Of a DNA stretch of 42,378 nt, positions 27,045 through 36,235 are shown one piece after another. The number at the start of each line of letters is the position of its first letter. Positions within the stretch are counted from its first letter, which is position 1. The stretch spans positions 1-42,378 of the forward strand of contig DASYMP010000017.1 of NCBI GenBank assembly GCA_036009005.1, given 5' to 3'. Origin of the DNA: Thermoleophilaceae bacterium (GTDB taxonomy: Bacteria > Actinomycetota > Thermoleophilia > Solirubrobacterales > Thermoleophilaceae). The notes under the pieces were generated by a model. That model saw only the letters and a program-made list of their open reading frames with translations, was not told the DNA's origin and did not search any database. The position numbers and the translations under genes were made by a program.

Positions 27045-27666
27045 AGTGGCAGCGGGGGTCGACGTAGAAGTCGTCGACGTTCCAGGTGCCAAACCCGACG
27101 GAGCGGAGCCGGAACTGCACCGGGGTGTGCTCGCCCGGAAGTAGCGGCAGCAGGTTCGCGACGATCCACAGCTTGGGCCCCGGTCGCCACTGGCCGCCCG
27201 GCAGGAGGACCCCGATCGGCACCTCGACCGGCAGGCCGAGCGAGGTCTCCGTGATCACGCTGACGGTCATGGTCGACAGGAGCGCCCGGTTGTCCTTGAC
27301 CATGAAGCGGATCAGCGGGTGCTCGAGGCCGACGCAGATGACGGGCGAGGTTGCGGTGCCGCCCGGCGCCAGGCGCAGCGAGCGCGTGTGGCCGCTCCCG
27401 GCGATGTCGAAGGACTCGTTTCCGCTCACGACCGAGGCGTTGCCCGAGAGCGACCACGCCTGGGTGCCGCTCTCGAAGGTCCCGCCCGGAGCGATGTTGT
27501 ACGGAGTGGTGTCGCCCCAGGGAGCGAACGGCTGGGTGGTGGGCTGCGGCGAGCAGTCGGGTGCGGACTTCACAAGCAGCCCGGCGCTCGCGCTCGGCGC
27601 CCCGGCGGCCAGGACGACGATGGCCACCGAAACGGCAAGGAAGCTGTTGCGAAGTCGGATACGCAT
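27043..27666 (-). CDS. Secreted hypothetical protein (beta-rich, possible jelly-roll/CBM-like)
   Basis: ATG at 27666 gives the signal peptide MRIRLRNSFLAVSVAIVVLAAGAPSASA. The mature part has paired Cys and an FESGTQAWSLSGNASVV pattern. The track ORF start 27849 is an upstream extension. Confidence 0.6.
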   Translation of the reverse strand: MRIRLRNSFLAVSVAIVVLAAGAPSASAGLLVKSAPDCSPQPTTQPFAPWGDTTPYNIAPGGTFESGTQAWSLSGNASVVSGNESFDIAGSGHTRSLRLAPGGTATSPVICVGLEHPLIRFMVKDNRALLSTMTVSVITETSLGLPVEVPIGVLLPGGQWRPGPKLWIVANLLPLLPGEHTPVQFRLRSVGFGTWNVDDFYVDPRCH

Positions 27667-27792
27667 GTCCTCACACTCCGGCATAACGGTCGCCCGCGCA
27701 ACGGACATCCGTCCAGTCGGGTGGGGAACGTCTGTCCATCGAACAACCGTCCGTAAGGCCGATCCCCCCTTCTGCCGATAAACCCGGCAGCC

Positions 27793-29169
27793 ATGCGGAT
27801 CCTCGACGATCTCCGCTCCGGTCTCACGCCCGCCGTGGAGGAGCTCCACGAGTCCTGGGACCGGGCCTACCCAGAGCCCCTGTGTGGGCGCGAGCTTCTA
27901 GTGGAGGTCGCGTCGGCGGCTCTGTTCGTGGCCGTGGCGCTCGCCATGGCGGCGTTCCTGCCCGCCGAGCGCGCCTTCGACGCGCCGCTCGCGATAGCGC
28001 TCGTGGCCACCTACGCGCTGATGGCGCGCGTGCGCTTCCCGATCGGCTACGGCTTCACGATCCCGACCCAGGTCGTGCTCGTCCCGATGCTCTTCCTCGT
28101 GCCGCTCGGCGCGGTGCCGCTGCTCGTGGCCGCCGGAATGCTCGTGGGCAGCCTGCCGGAGTACCTTCGCCGCGATCGCCACCCGAGCCGTGCGCTCGCC
28201 GCGGTGGGCGACGCCTGGCACGCGATCGGACCCGTCGCGGTGCTTGCCGCCGCGGGCGGGGTCGAGCCGGAGCTCTCGGCATGGCCACTTCTGGTCGGCG
28301 CGCTGGCCGCGCAGGTGGTCGTGGACAACGGCGCCGCGACGCTCCGCGAGTGGGGCGGCCTCGGGATCTCGCCCAAGCTCCAGCCCTCGCTGTTCGGCTG
28401 GGTCACGCTCGTGGACATCCTGCTCGCGCCGGTCGGCCTGCTGGCGGCGATGGCCGCGGCGACCGAGCCCTACGCCGTCCTGCTCGTCCTCCCGCTGGCG
28501 GGCCTGCTGGTCGTATTCGCCTTCGAGCGCTCCGCGCGCATCCGGCAGGCGATCGAGCTCAGCCGCGCCTATCGCGGCACGACGCTGCTGTTGAGCGACG
28601 TGCTCGAGGTCGACGACGAGTACACCGGCTTCCACAGCCGCAGCGTCGTGTCGCTGTCGGTCGCGGTGGCCGACACCATGGGCCTCAGCTCGCGGCAGCG
28701 CCGCAACGTCGAGTTCGGCGCACTGCTCCACGACGTCGGCAAGATCGCCGTGCCGAAGGAGATCATCAACAAGCCCGGCCCGCTCACCGACGACGAGTGG
28801 CTCGTCATCAAGGCTCACACGATCGAGGGCCAGCGCATGCTGGACCGCGTCGGCGGCCTTCTGAGCGACGTGGGACGGATCGTCCGCTCGTCGCACGAGA
28901 AGTGGGACGGGAGCGGCTACCCCGATGGGCTGCGCGCGAACAAGATCCCGGTCGAGTCCGCCATCGTGGCGTGCTGCGACGCCTTCAACGCCATGACGAC
29001 CGACCGTTCGTACCGAGCGGCGATGTCGCTCGACGAGGCGATCGCCGAGCTCGAGGCCAACGCGGGCAAGCAGTTCAGCCCGGCGGTGGTGGAGGCGCTG
29101 ATGCAGGTGCTCAGCGCGGACCCGCTCAGCGCAGGCCCGCGCGGCCCGCGCGTCGCGGCGGTGGCCTAG
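27793..29169 (+). CDS. Membrane-anchored HD-GYP domain protein (putative c-di-GMP phosphodiesterase)
   Basis: An N-terminal region of about 7-8 TM segments precedes HSRSV...LLHDVGKIAVP...HTIEG...SHEKWDGSGYPDGL. Confidence 0.85.
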   Translation: MRILDDLRSGLTPAVEELHESWDRAYPEPLCGRELLVEVASAALFVAVALAMAAFLPAERAFDAPLAIALVATYALMARVRFPIGYGFTIPTQVVLVPMLFLVPLGAVPLLVAAGMLVGSLPEYLRRDRHPSRALAAVGDAWHAIGPVAVLAAAGGVEPELSAWPLLVGALAAQVVVDNGAATLREWGGLGISPKLQPSLFGWVTLVDILLAPVGLLAAMAAATEPYAVLLVLPLAGLLVVFAFERSARIRQAIELSRAYRGTTLLLSDVLEVDDEYTGFHSRSVVSLSVAVADTMGLSSRQRRNVEFGALLHDVGKIAVPKEIINKPGPLTDDEWLVIKAHTIEGQRMLDRVGGLLSDVGRIVRSSHEKWDGSGYPDGLRANKIPVESAIVACCDAFNAMTTDRSYRAAMSLDEAIAELEANAGKQFSPAVVEALMQVLSADPLSAGPRGPRVAAVA

Positions 29170-29205
29170 GCGAAGGCGCCGGCAGGCGGCTCTAAACTCG
29201 ATCCC

Positions 29206-31653
29206 ATGCCGAAGCTGCCGCGCGGCACCGGGAAGGCCACCACGAAGGAGCGGGCGAAGAAGCCTGCCGCGAAGCCTGCCGAGGCCCCCAAGCGCCCCAC
29301 GGCCAAGAAGTCGAACGGCAGCGCCGCGCCGAAGAAGAAGCCGGCGGCCACACGCTCGAACGGCCGCCGCGCCAAGGCGCCGAAGGAGGACTTCAGGCAT
29401 CGCCCGGTGGACCGCGCCGAGCTGCACGCGCCCGCCGGGCCCGAGTCAGCGCTGACGGACGACCAGCGCGTCCTCCTCGGCGACCTGTTCGCGGTGGTCG
29501 AGGAGCACGCGGGGGAGGCCGTCGAGCAGATCGACCGCGGCCCGGTGGAGAAGGCGTTCGTCTTCTCCTGCGAGCGCCACGCCGACCAGCGCCGCGCGAG
29601 CGGCGAGGACTTCATCGTGCACCCGGTGGGCGTGGCGAAGATCTGCGCCGGCATGCGGCTCGACACGGCGACGCTGTGCGCCGCCCTGCTGCACGACACG
29701 GTCGAGGACACGAGCGCGTCGCTCGACGAGGTGCGCGACGAGTTCGGCGACGAGATCGCCCAGCTCGTGGACGGCGTCACGAAGCTGTCCGGCGTCACGT
29801 TCCAGAGCCGCGACGACAGGCAGGCCGAGAACTACCGCAAGATGATGGTCGCGATGGCCCGCGACATCCGGGTCATCCTGATCAAGCTCGCCGACCGCCT
29901 CCACAACATGCGGACGATCGGCTCGATGCCGAAGGCGAAGCAGCACGACAAGGCGCGCGAGACGCTCGAGATCTTCGCGCCGCTCGCGCACCGTCTCGGC
30001 ATCCACGCGATCAAGTGGGAGCTGGAGGACCTCGCCTTCTCGACGCTCCACCCGCGCAAGTACAACGAGATCCGGCAGCTCGTCTCGCAGCAGCGCGAGG
30101 AGCGCGACGCCTACGTGAACCGCGCCGGCGAGTACCTCGGCAAGGAGCTGAAGGCCGTGGGCATCGACGCGGACATCTCGGGCCGCGCGAAGCACTTCTA
30201 CTCGATCTACTCGAAGATGACGAAGAAGGGCCGCGAGTTCAACGAGATCTACGACCTCACCGCGATGCGCGTGATCGTCGACTCGGTGAAGGACTGCTAC
30301 GGCGCGATCGGCGTCATCCACTCGCTCTGGAAGCCGCTGCCCGGGCGTTTCAAGGACTGGGTCGCCATGCCCAAGTTCAACATGTACCAGGCGCTCCACA
30401 CGACCGTGATCGGGCCCGAGGGCCGTCCGCTCGAGATCCAGATCCGCACCATGGAGATGCACCGCACCGCCGAGTTCGGGGTGGCCGCCCACTGGATCTA
30501 CAAGGGCGACGGCAGCGGCGCGGCGGAGGAGAAGGTCGAGTGGCTGCGGCACCTGCTCGACTGGCAGCAGGAGATGGCGGACCCGCAGGAGTTCGCGCAG
30601 ACGCTGAAGGCCGACCTCTTCGAGGACGAGGTGTTCGTCTTCACGCCGAAGGGAGAGGTCAAGTCGCTGGGCGCGGGCGCCACGCCGCTCGACTTCGCCT
30701 ACGAGGTGCACACCGACGTGGGCCACCGCTGCGTGGGCGCGAAGGTGAACGGCAAGATCGTGCCGCTCCACTACACGCTCCAGTCGGGCGACATCTGCGA
30801 GGTGCTCACCTCGAAGAAGGAGCGCGGCCCCTCGAGGGACTGGCTCGCCCTCGCGAAGACCACGCGCGCACAGTCGAAGATCCGCGCCTGGTTCAAGCGC
30901 GAGCGGCGCGAGGACTCCGAGCGCTCCGGGCGCGAGATCCTGCACGAGAACTTGAAGCGCGCCGGGCTGCCGCCGCAGAAGATGTCCGGCTCGCCGCTGC
31001 TCGCGGACGTGATCCGCGAGATGGGCTTCAGGAAGGGCGAGGACTTCTACATCGCGCTCGGCCAGTCGAAGATCTCGGCCAAGACGGTCACCCAGAAGCT
31101 GATGCACCGGCTGAAGGAGGGCGAGTCGGCGGTCGAGGCGCCCTCGCCGGCGGCGGAGCTGATGGAGCGCCGCGAGGCGCCGCGAAAGACGGCGGCCTCG
31201 TCCACCTACGGGATCCAGGTCGAGGGCGTGCAGGACGTGATGCTGCGCCTCGCCAAGTGCTGCCGGCCCGTGCCGGGGGACCCGATCGTGGGCTACATCT
31301 CGCTCGGCAAGGGCATCACGATCCACCACGAGCACTGTCCGAACTCGCGGGCGCTCATGAAGAACCCGGAGCGGTTCACGCCGGTGGCGTGGGAGGGCGA
31401 CACGACCTCCTCGTTCCGCGTGGAGCTCCAGGTCGACGGCTGGGACCGCCACCGGCTGCTCGAGGACCTGTCGCGCACCTTCGCGGAGACGGGCATCAAC
31501 ATCCTCGAGGCGCGCTGCACGGTGGTGCACCCGATGGTGAAGAACCGCTTCGTGGTCGAGGTGGGGGACACCGACTCGCTGCGCACCTGCATCACGCGCA
31601 TCCGCAACATCGAGTCCGTCTTCGACGCCTACCGCGTCACGCCGACCGGCTAG
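29206..31653 (+). CDS. relA: Bifunctional (p)ppGpp synthetase/hydrolase, RelA/SpoT family, with basic N-terminal extension
   Basis: HD domain (HPVGVAKI...LLHDTVEDT), synthetase domain (RAKHFYSIYSKM...YDLTAMRVIV...FKDWVAMPK.N.YQALHT), TGS domain (VFVFTPKGEV..L..GATPLDFAY) and ACT domain. Confidence 0.9.
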   Translation: MPKLPRGTGKATTKERAKKPAAKPAEAPKRPTAKKSNGSAAPKKKPAATRSNGRRAKAPKEDFRHRPVDRAELHAPAGPESALTDDQRVLLGDLFAVVEEHAGEAVEQIDRGPVEKAFVFSCERHADQRRASGEDFIVHPVGVAKICAGMRLDTATLCAALLHDTVEDTSASLDEVRDEFGDEIAQLVDGVTKLSGVTFQSRDDRQAENYRKMMVAMARDIRVILIKLADRLHNMRTIGSMPKAKQHDKARETLEIFAPLAHRLGIHAIKWELEDLAFSTLHPRKYNEIRQLVSQQREERDAYVNRAGEYLGKELKAVGIDADISGRAKHFYSIYSKMTKKGREFNEIYDLTAMRVIVDSVKDCYGAIGVIHSLWKPLPGRFKDWVAMPKFNMYQALHTTVIGPEGRPLEIQIRTMEMHRTAEFGVAAHWIYKGDGSGAAEEKVEWLRHLLDWQQEMADPQEFAQTLKADLFEDEVFVFTPKGEVKSLGAGATPLDFAYEVHTDVGHRCVGAKVNGKIVPLHYTLQSGDICEVLTSKKERGPSRDWLALAKTTRAQSKIRAWFKRERREDSERSGREILHENLKRAGLPPQKMSGSPLLADVIREMGFRKGEDFYIALGQSKISAKTVTQKLMHRLKEGESAVEAPSPAAELMERREAPRKTAASSTYGIQVEGVQDVMLRLAKCCRPVPGDPIVGYISLGKGITIHHEHCPNSRALMKNPERFTPVAWEGDTTSSFRVELQVDGWDRHRLLEDLSRTFAETGINILEARCTVVHPMVKNRFVVEVGDTDSLRTCITRIRNIESVFDAYRVTPTG

Positions 31654-32639
31654 GCGACCGCGAGCAGCCCGCCGGGCGTCACGCCGAACTCCACCTCGGC
31701 GAACTCGCCGATGTAGTCGCCGTCCACCTGCACGGGGAAGGTTCGCTCGTCGATCGCCTCCACACGTGCGCTCGGCAGCTCGAGCATCGGCTCGACCTGT
31801 CGATGGCGCATCACCGTGCGGGCATGTCCCGACAGGAGCCGTGGGATCAGCGTGGGCAGCTCGAGCGCCGTGGCCTTCTTCAGCACCCCGATCGACAGGG
31901 AGCCCATGTTCAGCCCGGCCGGCTCCACGATCCGGATCGGCCGCTTGCGGAAGTAGGTGAACGGGTCCGAGTTCTGGACCACGGCCGTCACGCCCTCCTG
32001 GACCCGGCCGCCCGCGGTCACGCGCACGCGCGGCGGGTGCACGAGATAGCGGCTCGAGAAGATCGCGACCGCGCACGCGCTGTAGTACCAGGCGCCGAAG
32101 CGCGCCTTGCGGTAGGGGTGCGCGTCCACGCGCTCGACCACCGACGCGTCGAGTCCGGCTCCGGCGGCGAACACGAAGTGGCGCTCGTCCACGCGGCCGA
32201 GGTCCACGCTGAACGGCTCGAAGTCGTCGGCCATGCCGAGCAGGTGCTCCGTGGCGTCCACGACGTCGTTCGGGATGCCGAGCGTGCGCGCCCAGACGTT
32301 CGTGGAGCCGCCCGGCAACGCCGTGAGCGGCGTGCGCGAGCCGGCCAGGCCGTTGGCGGCCTCGTTGACCGTGCCGTCGCCGCCGAACGCCACGACCACG
32401 TCGTAGCCCTCGCTGGCGGCCTCGCGGCAGATCTGCGTGGCGTGCCCGCGCTCCTGGGTGTCGATCGCCTCGACCGCGTAGCGCGAGCCGAGCGCGTACA
32501 CCACCAGGTTGCGAAGCCTGTCGGACACCGTGGTCGCGTACGGGTTCACGATCACGAGCATCCGGCGCTTCGGCGTGCGGGCGGGCAGGAGGCGCTCGGC
32601 TAGTCCCTCCGCGCGCTCGAGGGCTGTGTCGGGAGCCAC
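31650..32639 (-). CDS. Diacylglycerol/lipid kinase family protein (YegS/BmrU-like)
   Basis: MLVIVNPYA..., VVAFGGDGTVNEAANGL, LTALPGGSTNV. GTG at 32639 (alternative ATG 32561). Its stop overlaps the relA stop (CTAG). Confidence 0.85.
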   Translation of the reverse strand: MAPDTALERAEGLAERLLPARTPKRRMLVIVNPYATTVSDRLRNLVVYALGSRYAVEAIDTQERGHATQICREAASEGYDVVVAFGGDGTVNEAANGLAGSRTPLTALPGGSTNVWARTLGIPNDVVDATEHLLGMADDFEPFSVDLGRVDERHFVFAAGAGLDASVVERVDAHPYRKARFGAWYYSACAVAIFSSRYLVHPPRVRVTAGGRVQEGVTAVVQNSDPFTYFRKRPIRIVEPAGLNMGSLSIGVLKKATALELPTLIPRLLSGHARTVMRHRQVEPMLELPSARVEAIDERTFPVQVDGDYIGEFAEVEFGVTPGGLLAVA

Positions 32640-32663
32640 GACGGCAAACCCTAACGGGCCGCG

Positions 32664-33629
32664 CTAGGTCGCTTCGAACACGGTCGTGCCGTCGCGATCG
32701 AGCTCGCGCACACGCCCGTCGCCCGTGAGCAGGTCCACGTGCCCGAGCACCTCCGACAGCGTCAGGTAGGCCTGCGTGACCGCGATGTTGCCCCACAGCG
32801 CCTGCGCGATCTCATACGCCGTGCGCGGTCGCTCGGCGATCAGCCGGTGGATCTTGTCGGCGCGGCGACGGTGGAGCGCGAAGCGCTCGTCGATCAGGCT
32901 GCGGTGGTCGGTGATCGGCTCGCCGTGCCCGGGGAGCACGAGCTCCACGTCCATCTCGCGCGTGGCCTCGAGTGAGCGCATGTAGGTCACGAGCGCCTGA
33001 GGACGCTCGTTCGAGCCGTCGGTCGGACGCGCGATCAGCGGGTTCGAGGAGATGTGCCCGAGCAGGTGGTCGGCGGCGATCAGGATGCGCCTGTCGCGGT
33101 CGTGGAAGACGGTGTCGGTGGGGCTGTGGCCGGGCCGGTGGTGCACGTGGAGCGTGCGGTCGCGGAAGCGCATCTCGTCGCCGTCGTGCAGGACGCGCGT
33201 CACGTCGGCGCGCGCACCCCAGCCCCGAAACGCCTGCGACACCGCGCTGAGCGCGCCCACCACGTCCTCGGGCATCCCGTTGCGAAGCATCACGCCGCGG
33301 GCGAACTCGTCGTCGGCCTGCGCCTCCACGGAGTAGTTCTCGACGAACGCCACGGCCCTGTCGATCGCCGCGACCTCCGCGCCTGAGCGCTGCGCCACGA
33401 GTCCGACCAGGCCGAGGTGGTCGATGTGCTGGTGGGTGAGGATGACCAGCTCGATCTCCTCGAGGGAGTGGCCGAGTGCGGCCAGCCCGCTGGTCAGCTC
33501 GTCGAACGACGTGGCGGAGTTCGGACCGGCGTCGACGAGCGTGAGCGGCTCGTCCTCGATCAGGTAGACGTTCACCCTTCCGACGGCGAAGGGCGTCGGA
33601 ATGGCGATGCGGTGGATGCCGTCGCTCAC
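32664..33629 (-). CDS. MBL-fold metallo-hydrolase with C-terminal winged-helix-like domain
   Basis: LTHQHIDHLG (HxHxDH motif) ... HRPGHSPTD ... LPGHG. The C-terminal TAYEIAQALWG... is wHTH-like. GTG at 33629 forms a GTGA overlap with the upstream stop. The track ORF 32664..34691 is an upstream extension. Confidence 0.85.
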   Translation of the reverse strand: MSDGIHRIAIPTPFAVGRVNVYLIEDEPLTLVDAGPNSATSFDELTSGLAALGHSLEEIELVILTHQHIDHLGLVGLVAQRSGAEVAAIDRAVAFVENYSVEAQADDEFARGVMLRNGMPEDVVGALSAVSQAFRGWGARADVTRVLHDGDEMRFRDRTLHVHHRPGHSPTDTVFHDRDRRILIAADHLLGHISSNPLIARPTDGSNERPQALVTYMRSLEATREMDVELVLPGHGEPITDHRSLIDERFALHRRRADKIHRLIAERPRTAYEIAQALWGNIAVTQAYLTLSEVLGHVDLLTGDGRVRELDRDGTTVFEAT

Positions 33630-34993
33630 CCGCGGATCACGCCGAGCACCTCGTCGCGCTTCTCCTCGAGGTGCTCCTTCGAGACGAGCGACTCGAGGTT
33701 CAGGCGCAGCAGCGGCTCGGTGTTCGACGGCCGGACGTTGAAATGCCAGTCGTCGTAGTCCACCGACACGCCGTCGAGGTGCGACACGCGCCCGTCCCAG
33801 TAGCGCTCCTCGAGCGTCTTCATCCTGCCCTCGGGGTCGTCCACCTCGGAGTTGATCTCGCCGGAGATGAAGTAGTTCGCGCGAAGCGGCTCGAGCAGCT
33901 CGCTGAGCTTCCTGCCCTCGGTCGACAGCAGCTCGAGGATCAGCAGCGCGGGGATCGTGCCCGAGTCGGCGCAGTAGAAGTCGTGGAAGTAGTAGTGACC
34001 TGACACCTCGCCGCCGAACGCCGCGCCCACCTCGCGCATGCGCGTCTTGAAGAAGGCGTGACCCACGCGGTTCACGAACGCGTGGCCGCCGGCGCGCTCC
34101 ACGAGGTCGCGGACCGCGCGCGAGGCGCGCACGTCGTAGAGGATCGCGGAGCCTGGCTCCTTGCGCAGGATCGACTCCGCGAGCAGGGCGGTCAGGAAGT
34201 CGCCGTCCACGAAGCGGCCGGTGTCGTCGATGAAGAAGCAGCGGTCGGCGTCGCCGTCCCAGGCGATCCCGAGGTCGGCGCCGCTCTCGGTGACCCTGTC
34301 GATGATGAAGCGCCGGTTCTCCTCGAGCAGCGGGTTCGGCTCGTGGTCGGGGAACTCCCCGTTCGGCTCCCAGTACGCGGACTCCTGGTCCAGCGGGAAC
34401 CGGTCGAGGATCGGGCCGATCATCGGGCCCGCCATTCCGTTCCCCCCGTCGAGCATGACCTTCATCGGGCTGATGGCCTTCGCGTCGATGTAGCCGAGCG
34501 CGTCCTTGCGAAACGGCTCGGCGACGTCCTCGGTCGCGATCTGGCCCGGGCGCTGCACGGGCGCACCGGGGTCGCCGCCCGCCACGAGGTCGCGCAGCTC
34601 GCCGATCCCCGAGTCGCCGGACAGCGCGAGCGCGCCGCGCTTCACGAGCTTCGCGCCGGTGTACGCCTTCGGGTTGTGCGAGGCGGTGCACATCAGCCCA
34701 CCGTCGAGCTTCCGCGAGCCGACGGTCCAGTAGACCATCTCCGTCCCGACCATCCCCACGTCGAGCACGTCGGCGCCGGAGTCGGCGATGCCGCGCGCGT
34801 ACTCGGCTGCCATGGTCGGCGCCGAGAGCCGCATGTCGCGGCCGACGGCGATCCGCTGCTCCTCCGGAGGCGTGCCCTCGAGCTCGGCGAGCACCCGCGG
34901 AAACGCCCGCCCGATCCGGTACGCGAGCGCCTCGTCCATCTGCTCCGGATAGGTGCCGCGCACGTCGTACGCCTTGAAGATCGAGGGGGCCAT
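33626..34993 (-). CDS. Phosphomannomutase/phosphoglucomutase
   Basis: FKAYDVRG, the catalytic loop TASHNPKAYTG, DGDADR, and GGEVSGHYYF. ATG at 34993 (GTG at 34996 is one codon upstream). Confidence 0.9.
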   Translation of the reverse strand: MAPSIFKAYDVRGTYPEQMDEALAYRIGRAFPRVLAELEGTPPEEQRIAVGRDMRLSAPTMAAEYARGIADSGADVLDVGMVGTEMVYWTVGSRKLDGGLMCTASHNPKAYTGAKLVKRGALALSGDSGIGELRDLVAGGDPGAPVQRPGQIATEDVAEPFRKDALGYIDAKAISPMKVMLDGGNGMAGPMIGPILDRFPLDQESAYWEPNGEFPDHEPNPLLEENRRFIIDRVTESGADLGIAWDGDADRCFFIDDTGRFVDGDFLTALLAESILRKEPGSAILYDVRASRAVRDLVERAGGHAFVNRVGHAFFKTRMREVGAAFGGEVSGHYYFHDFYCADSGTIPALLILELLSTEGRKLSELLEPLRANYFISGEINSEVDDPEGRMKTLEERYWDGRVSHLDGVSVDYDDWHFNVRPSNTEPLLRLNLESLVSKEHLEEKRDEVLGVIRG

Positions 34994-35006
34994 CACCTCG
35001 CGGGTT

Positions 35007-36002
35007 CTACAGGAAGCCGCGCCGGCGGAAGTAGCCCACCATGAGGATCAGGACCCCCGCCATCACGCCGATGATGGTCCAGAAGGCGGTCACGCTGCCC
35101 GCGAAGGGCAGGTGGACGTTCATGCCGAAGATGCTCGCGAGCAGCGTCAACGGGAGGATGATCACGCTGAAGGCCGTGAGCACGCGCAGCACCTCGTTCA
35201 CGCGGTGGGAGAGCACGGACTCGTTCGTGTCCTCGAGTGCCTCGACGACCTCCTTGAAGTTCTCGAGCATGTCCCAGATGCGCTCGGAGGCGTCGACGAT
35301 GTCGTCGAAGTAGACCTCCATCTCGTCCGCGAGGTAGCGCTGCTTGGTCCGCTCGAGGTCGCGCAGCACGGCGCGCTGCGGGCGGATCACCTTGCGGAAG
35401 TTGATGATCTCCTGCTTCGAGTTCGAGATGTCGCGCACGACCTCTTCGGAGCGCCCCTCGAAGATGTCCTCCTCGAGCCGCTCGAGCTTGTTCCCGATCT
35501 TGCGGAGCATCGGGAAGCAGTAGTCGAACGAGTCGTCGACGATCTTGTAGAGCAGGTAGCCGCTGCCCTTCGAGAGCATGTTCTCGCGCACCTCGTCGTG
35601 GGAGCGGCAGCGCTCGAACAGGTACTCGACCGGCGGGATCGGCGTGTTCGGGATCGTGATGAGGAAGTCCGGCCCGATGAAGATGTCGAGCTCGGCGGCG
35701 TTCAGCCGGCCGACGGTCTTGTCGAAGACCGGGAAGTACAGGACGATGAAGAGGTAGTCCTCGTACTCGTCGATCTTCGGGCGCTGGTTACGCGACAGCA
35801 CGTCCTCGTAGTCGAGCGGGTGGAACTCGAAGTGCTCCTCGAGCCAGGCGCGCTCCGTGGGGCCGGGCCGCTCGATGTTGATCCAGCGCAGCCCATCCCA
35901 CTCGATGGACTCGACGCGCGGCTCAGTGGCGGCTTCGAGACGTGCGGACTCGACCCGTGCGCGGGCTGAGCGCCTCAGCCGTGGCTTCGGAAGGCTCGGC
36001 AT
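35007..36002 (-). CDS. corA: Magnesium/cobalt transporter CorA
   Basis: 331 aa. The C-terminal two TM segments carry the FGMN motif (LLASIFGMNVHLPF). Cytoplasmic CorA N-domain. Confidence 0.9.
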   Translation of the reverse strand: MPSLPKPRLRRSARARVESARLEAATEPRVESIEWDGLRWINIERPGPTERAWLEEHFEFHPLDYEDVLSRNQRPKIDEYEDYLFIVLYFPVFDKTVGRLNAAELDIFIGPDFLITIPNTPIPPVEYLFERCRSHDEVRENMLSKGSGYLLYKIVDDSFDYCFPMLRKIGNKLERLEEDIFEGRSEEVVRDISNSKQEIINFRKVIRPQRAVLRDLERTKQRYLADEMEVYFDDIVDASERIWDMLENFKEVVEALEDTNESVLSHRVNEVLRVLTAFSVIILPLTLLASIFGMNVHLPFAGSVTAFWTIIGVMAGVLILMVGYFRRRGFL

Positions 36003-36083
36003 CGGGTCTGAGAGGGTCGTCCAGCACGTTCACGTGACTGATTCTACCCGCGCGGGCTGGTATCCTCCGCCGCCTACATAGCC

Positions 36084-36186
36084 GTTGCATCGAGAGGGGT
36101 GGAGGGACATGGCCCGGTGAAGCCCCGGCAACCACCCAGTGGACTCATGTCTGCTGGGAAAGGTGCCAATTCCATCGAGATGTGAC
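36084..36186 (+). promoter_or_regulatory. SAM riboswitch aptamer (SAM-I/S-box type core, no internal P4 visible)
   Basis: P1 is GTTGCATC (36084-91) paired with GATGTGAC (36179-86). Conserved blocks: ATCGAGAG, GGTGGAGGGA (GAGGGA at 36102-07), GGCCC, GGTGAAG, CCCCGGCAACC (36123-33), P3 insert CCCAG/CTGGG, and AGGTGCCAATTCC (36161-73). A possible extended -10 TGgTATCCT lies at 36058-66. Confidence 0.8.
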
Positions 36187-36201
36187 AGGGCGCCTGAACA
36201 A

Positions 36202-36232
36202 GGCCTCCGTCACAGCACCGGCGGAGGTTTTT
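36202..36232 (+). terminator. Riboswitch expression platform: terminator hairpin that also sequesters the Shine-Dalgarno
   Basis: CCTCCGTC (36204-11) and GGCGGAGG (36220-27) form an 8-bp stem, followed by TTTTT (36228-32). GGAGG (36223-27) is the RBS for ATG 36236. The alternative pairing GTGAC(A)GGG (36182-90) with CC..GTCAC (36205-13) uses the P1 3' strand. Confidence 0.6.
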
Positions 36233-36235
36233 GAC

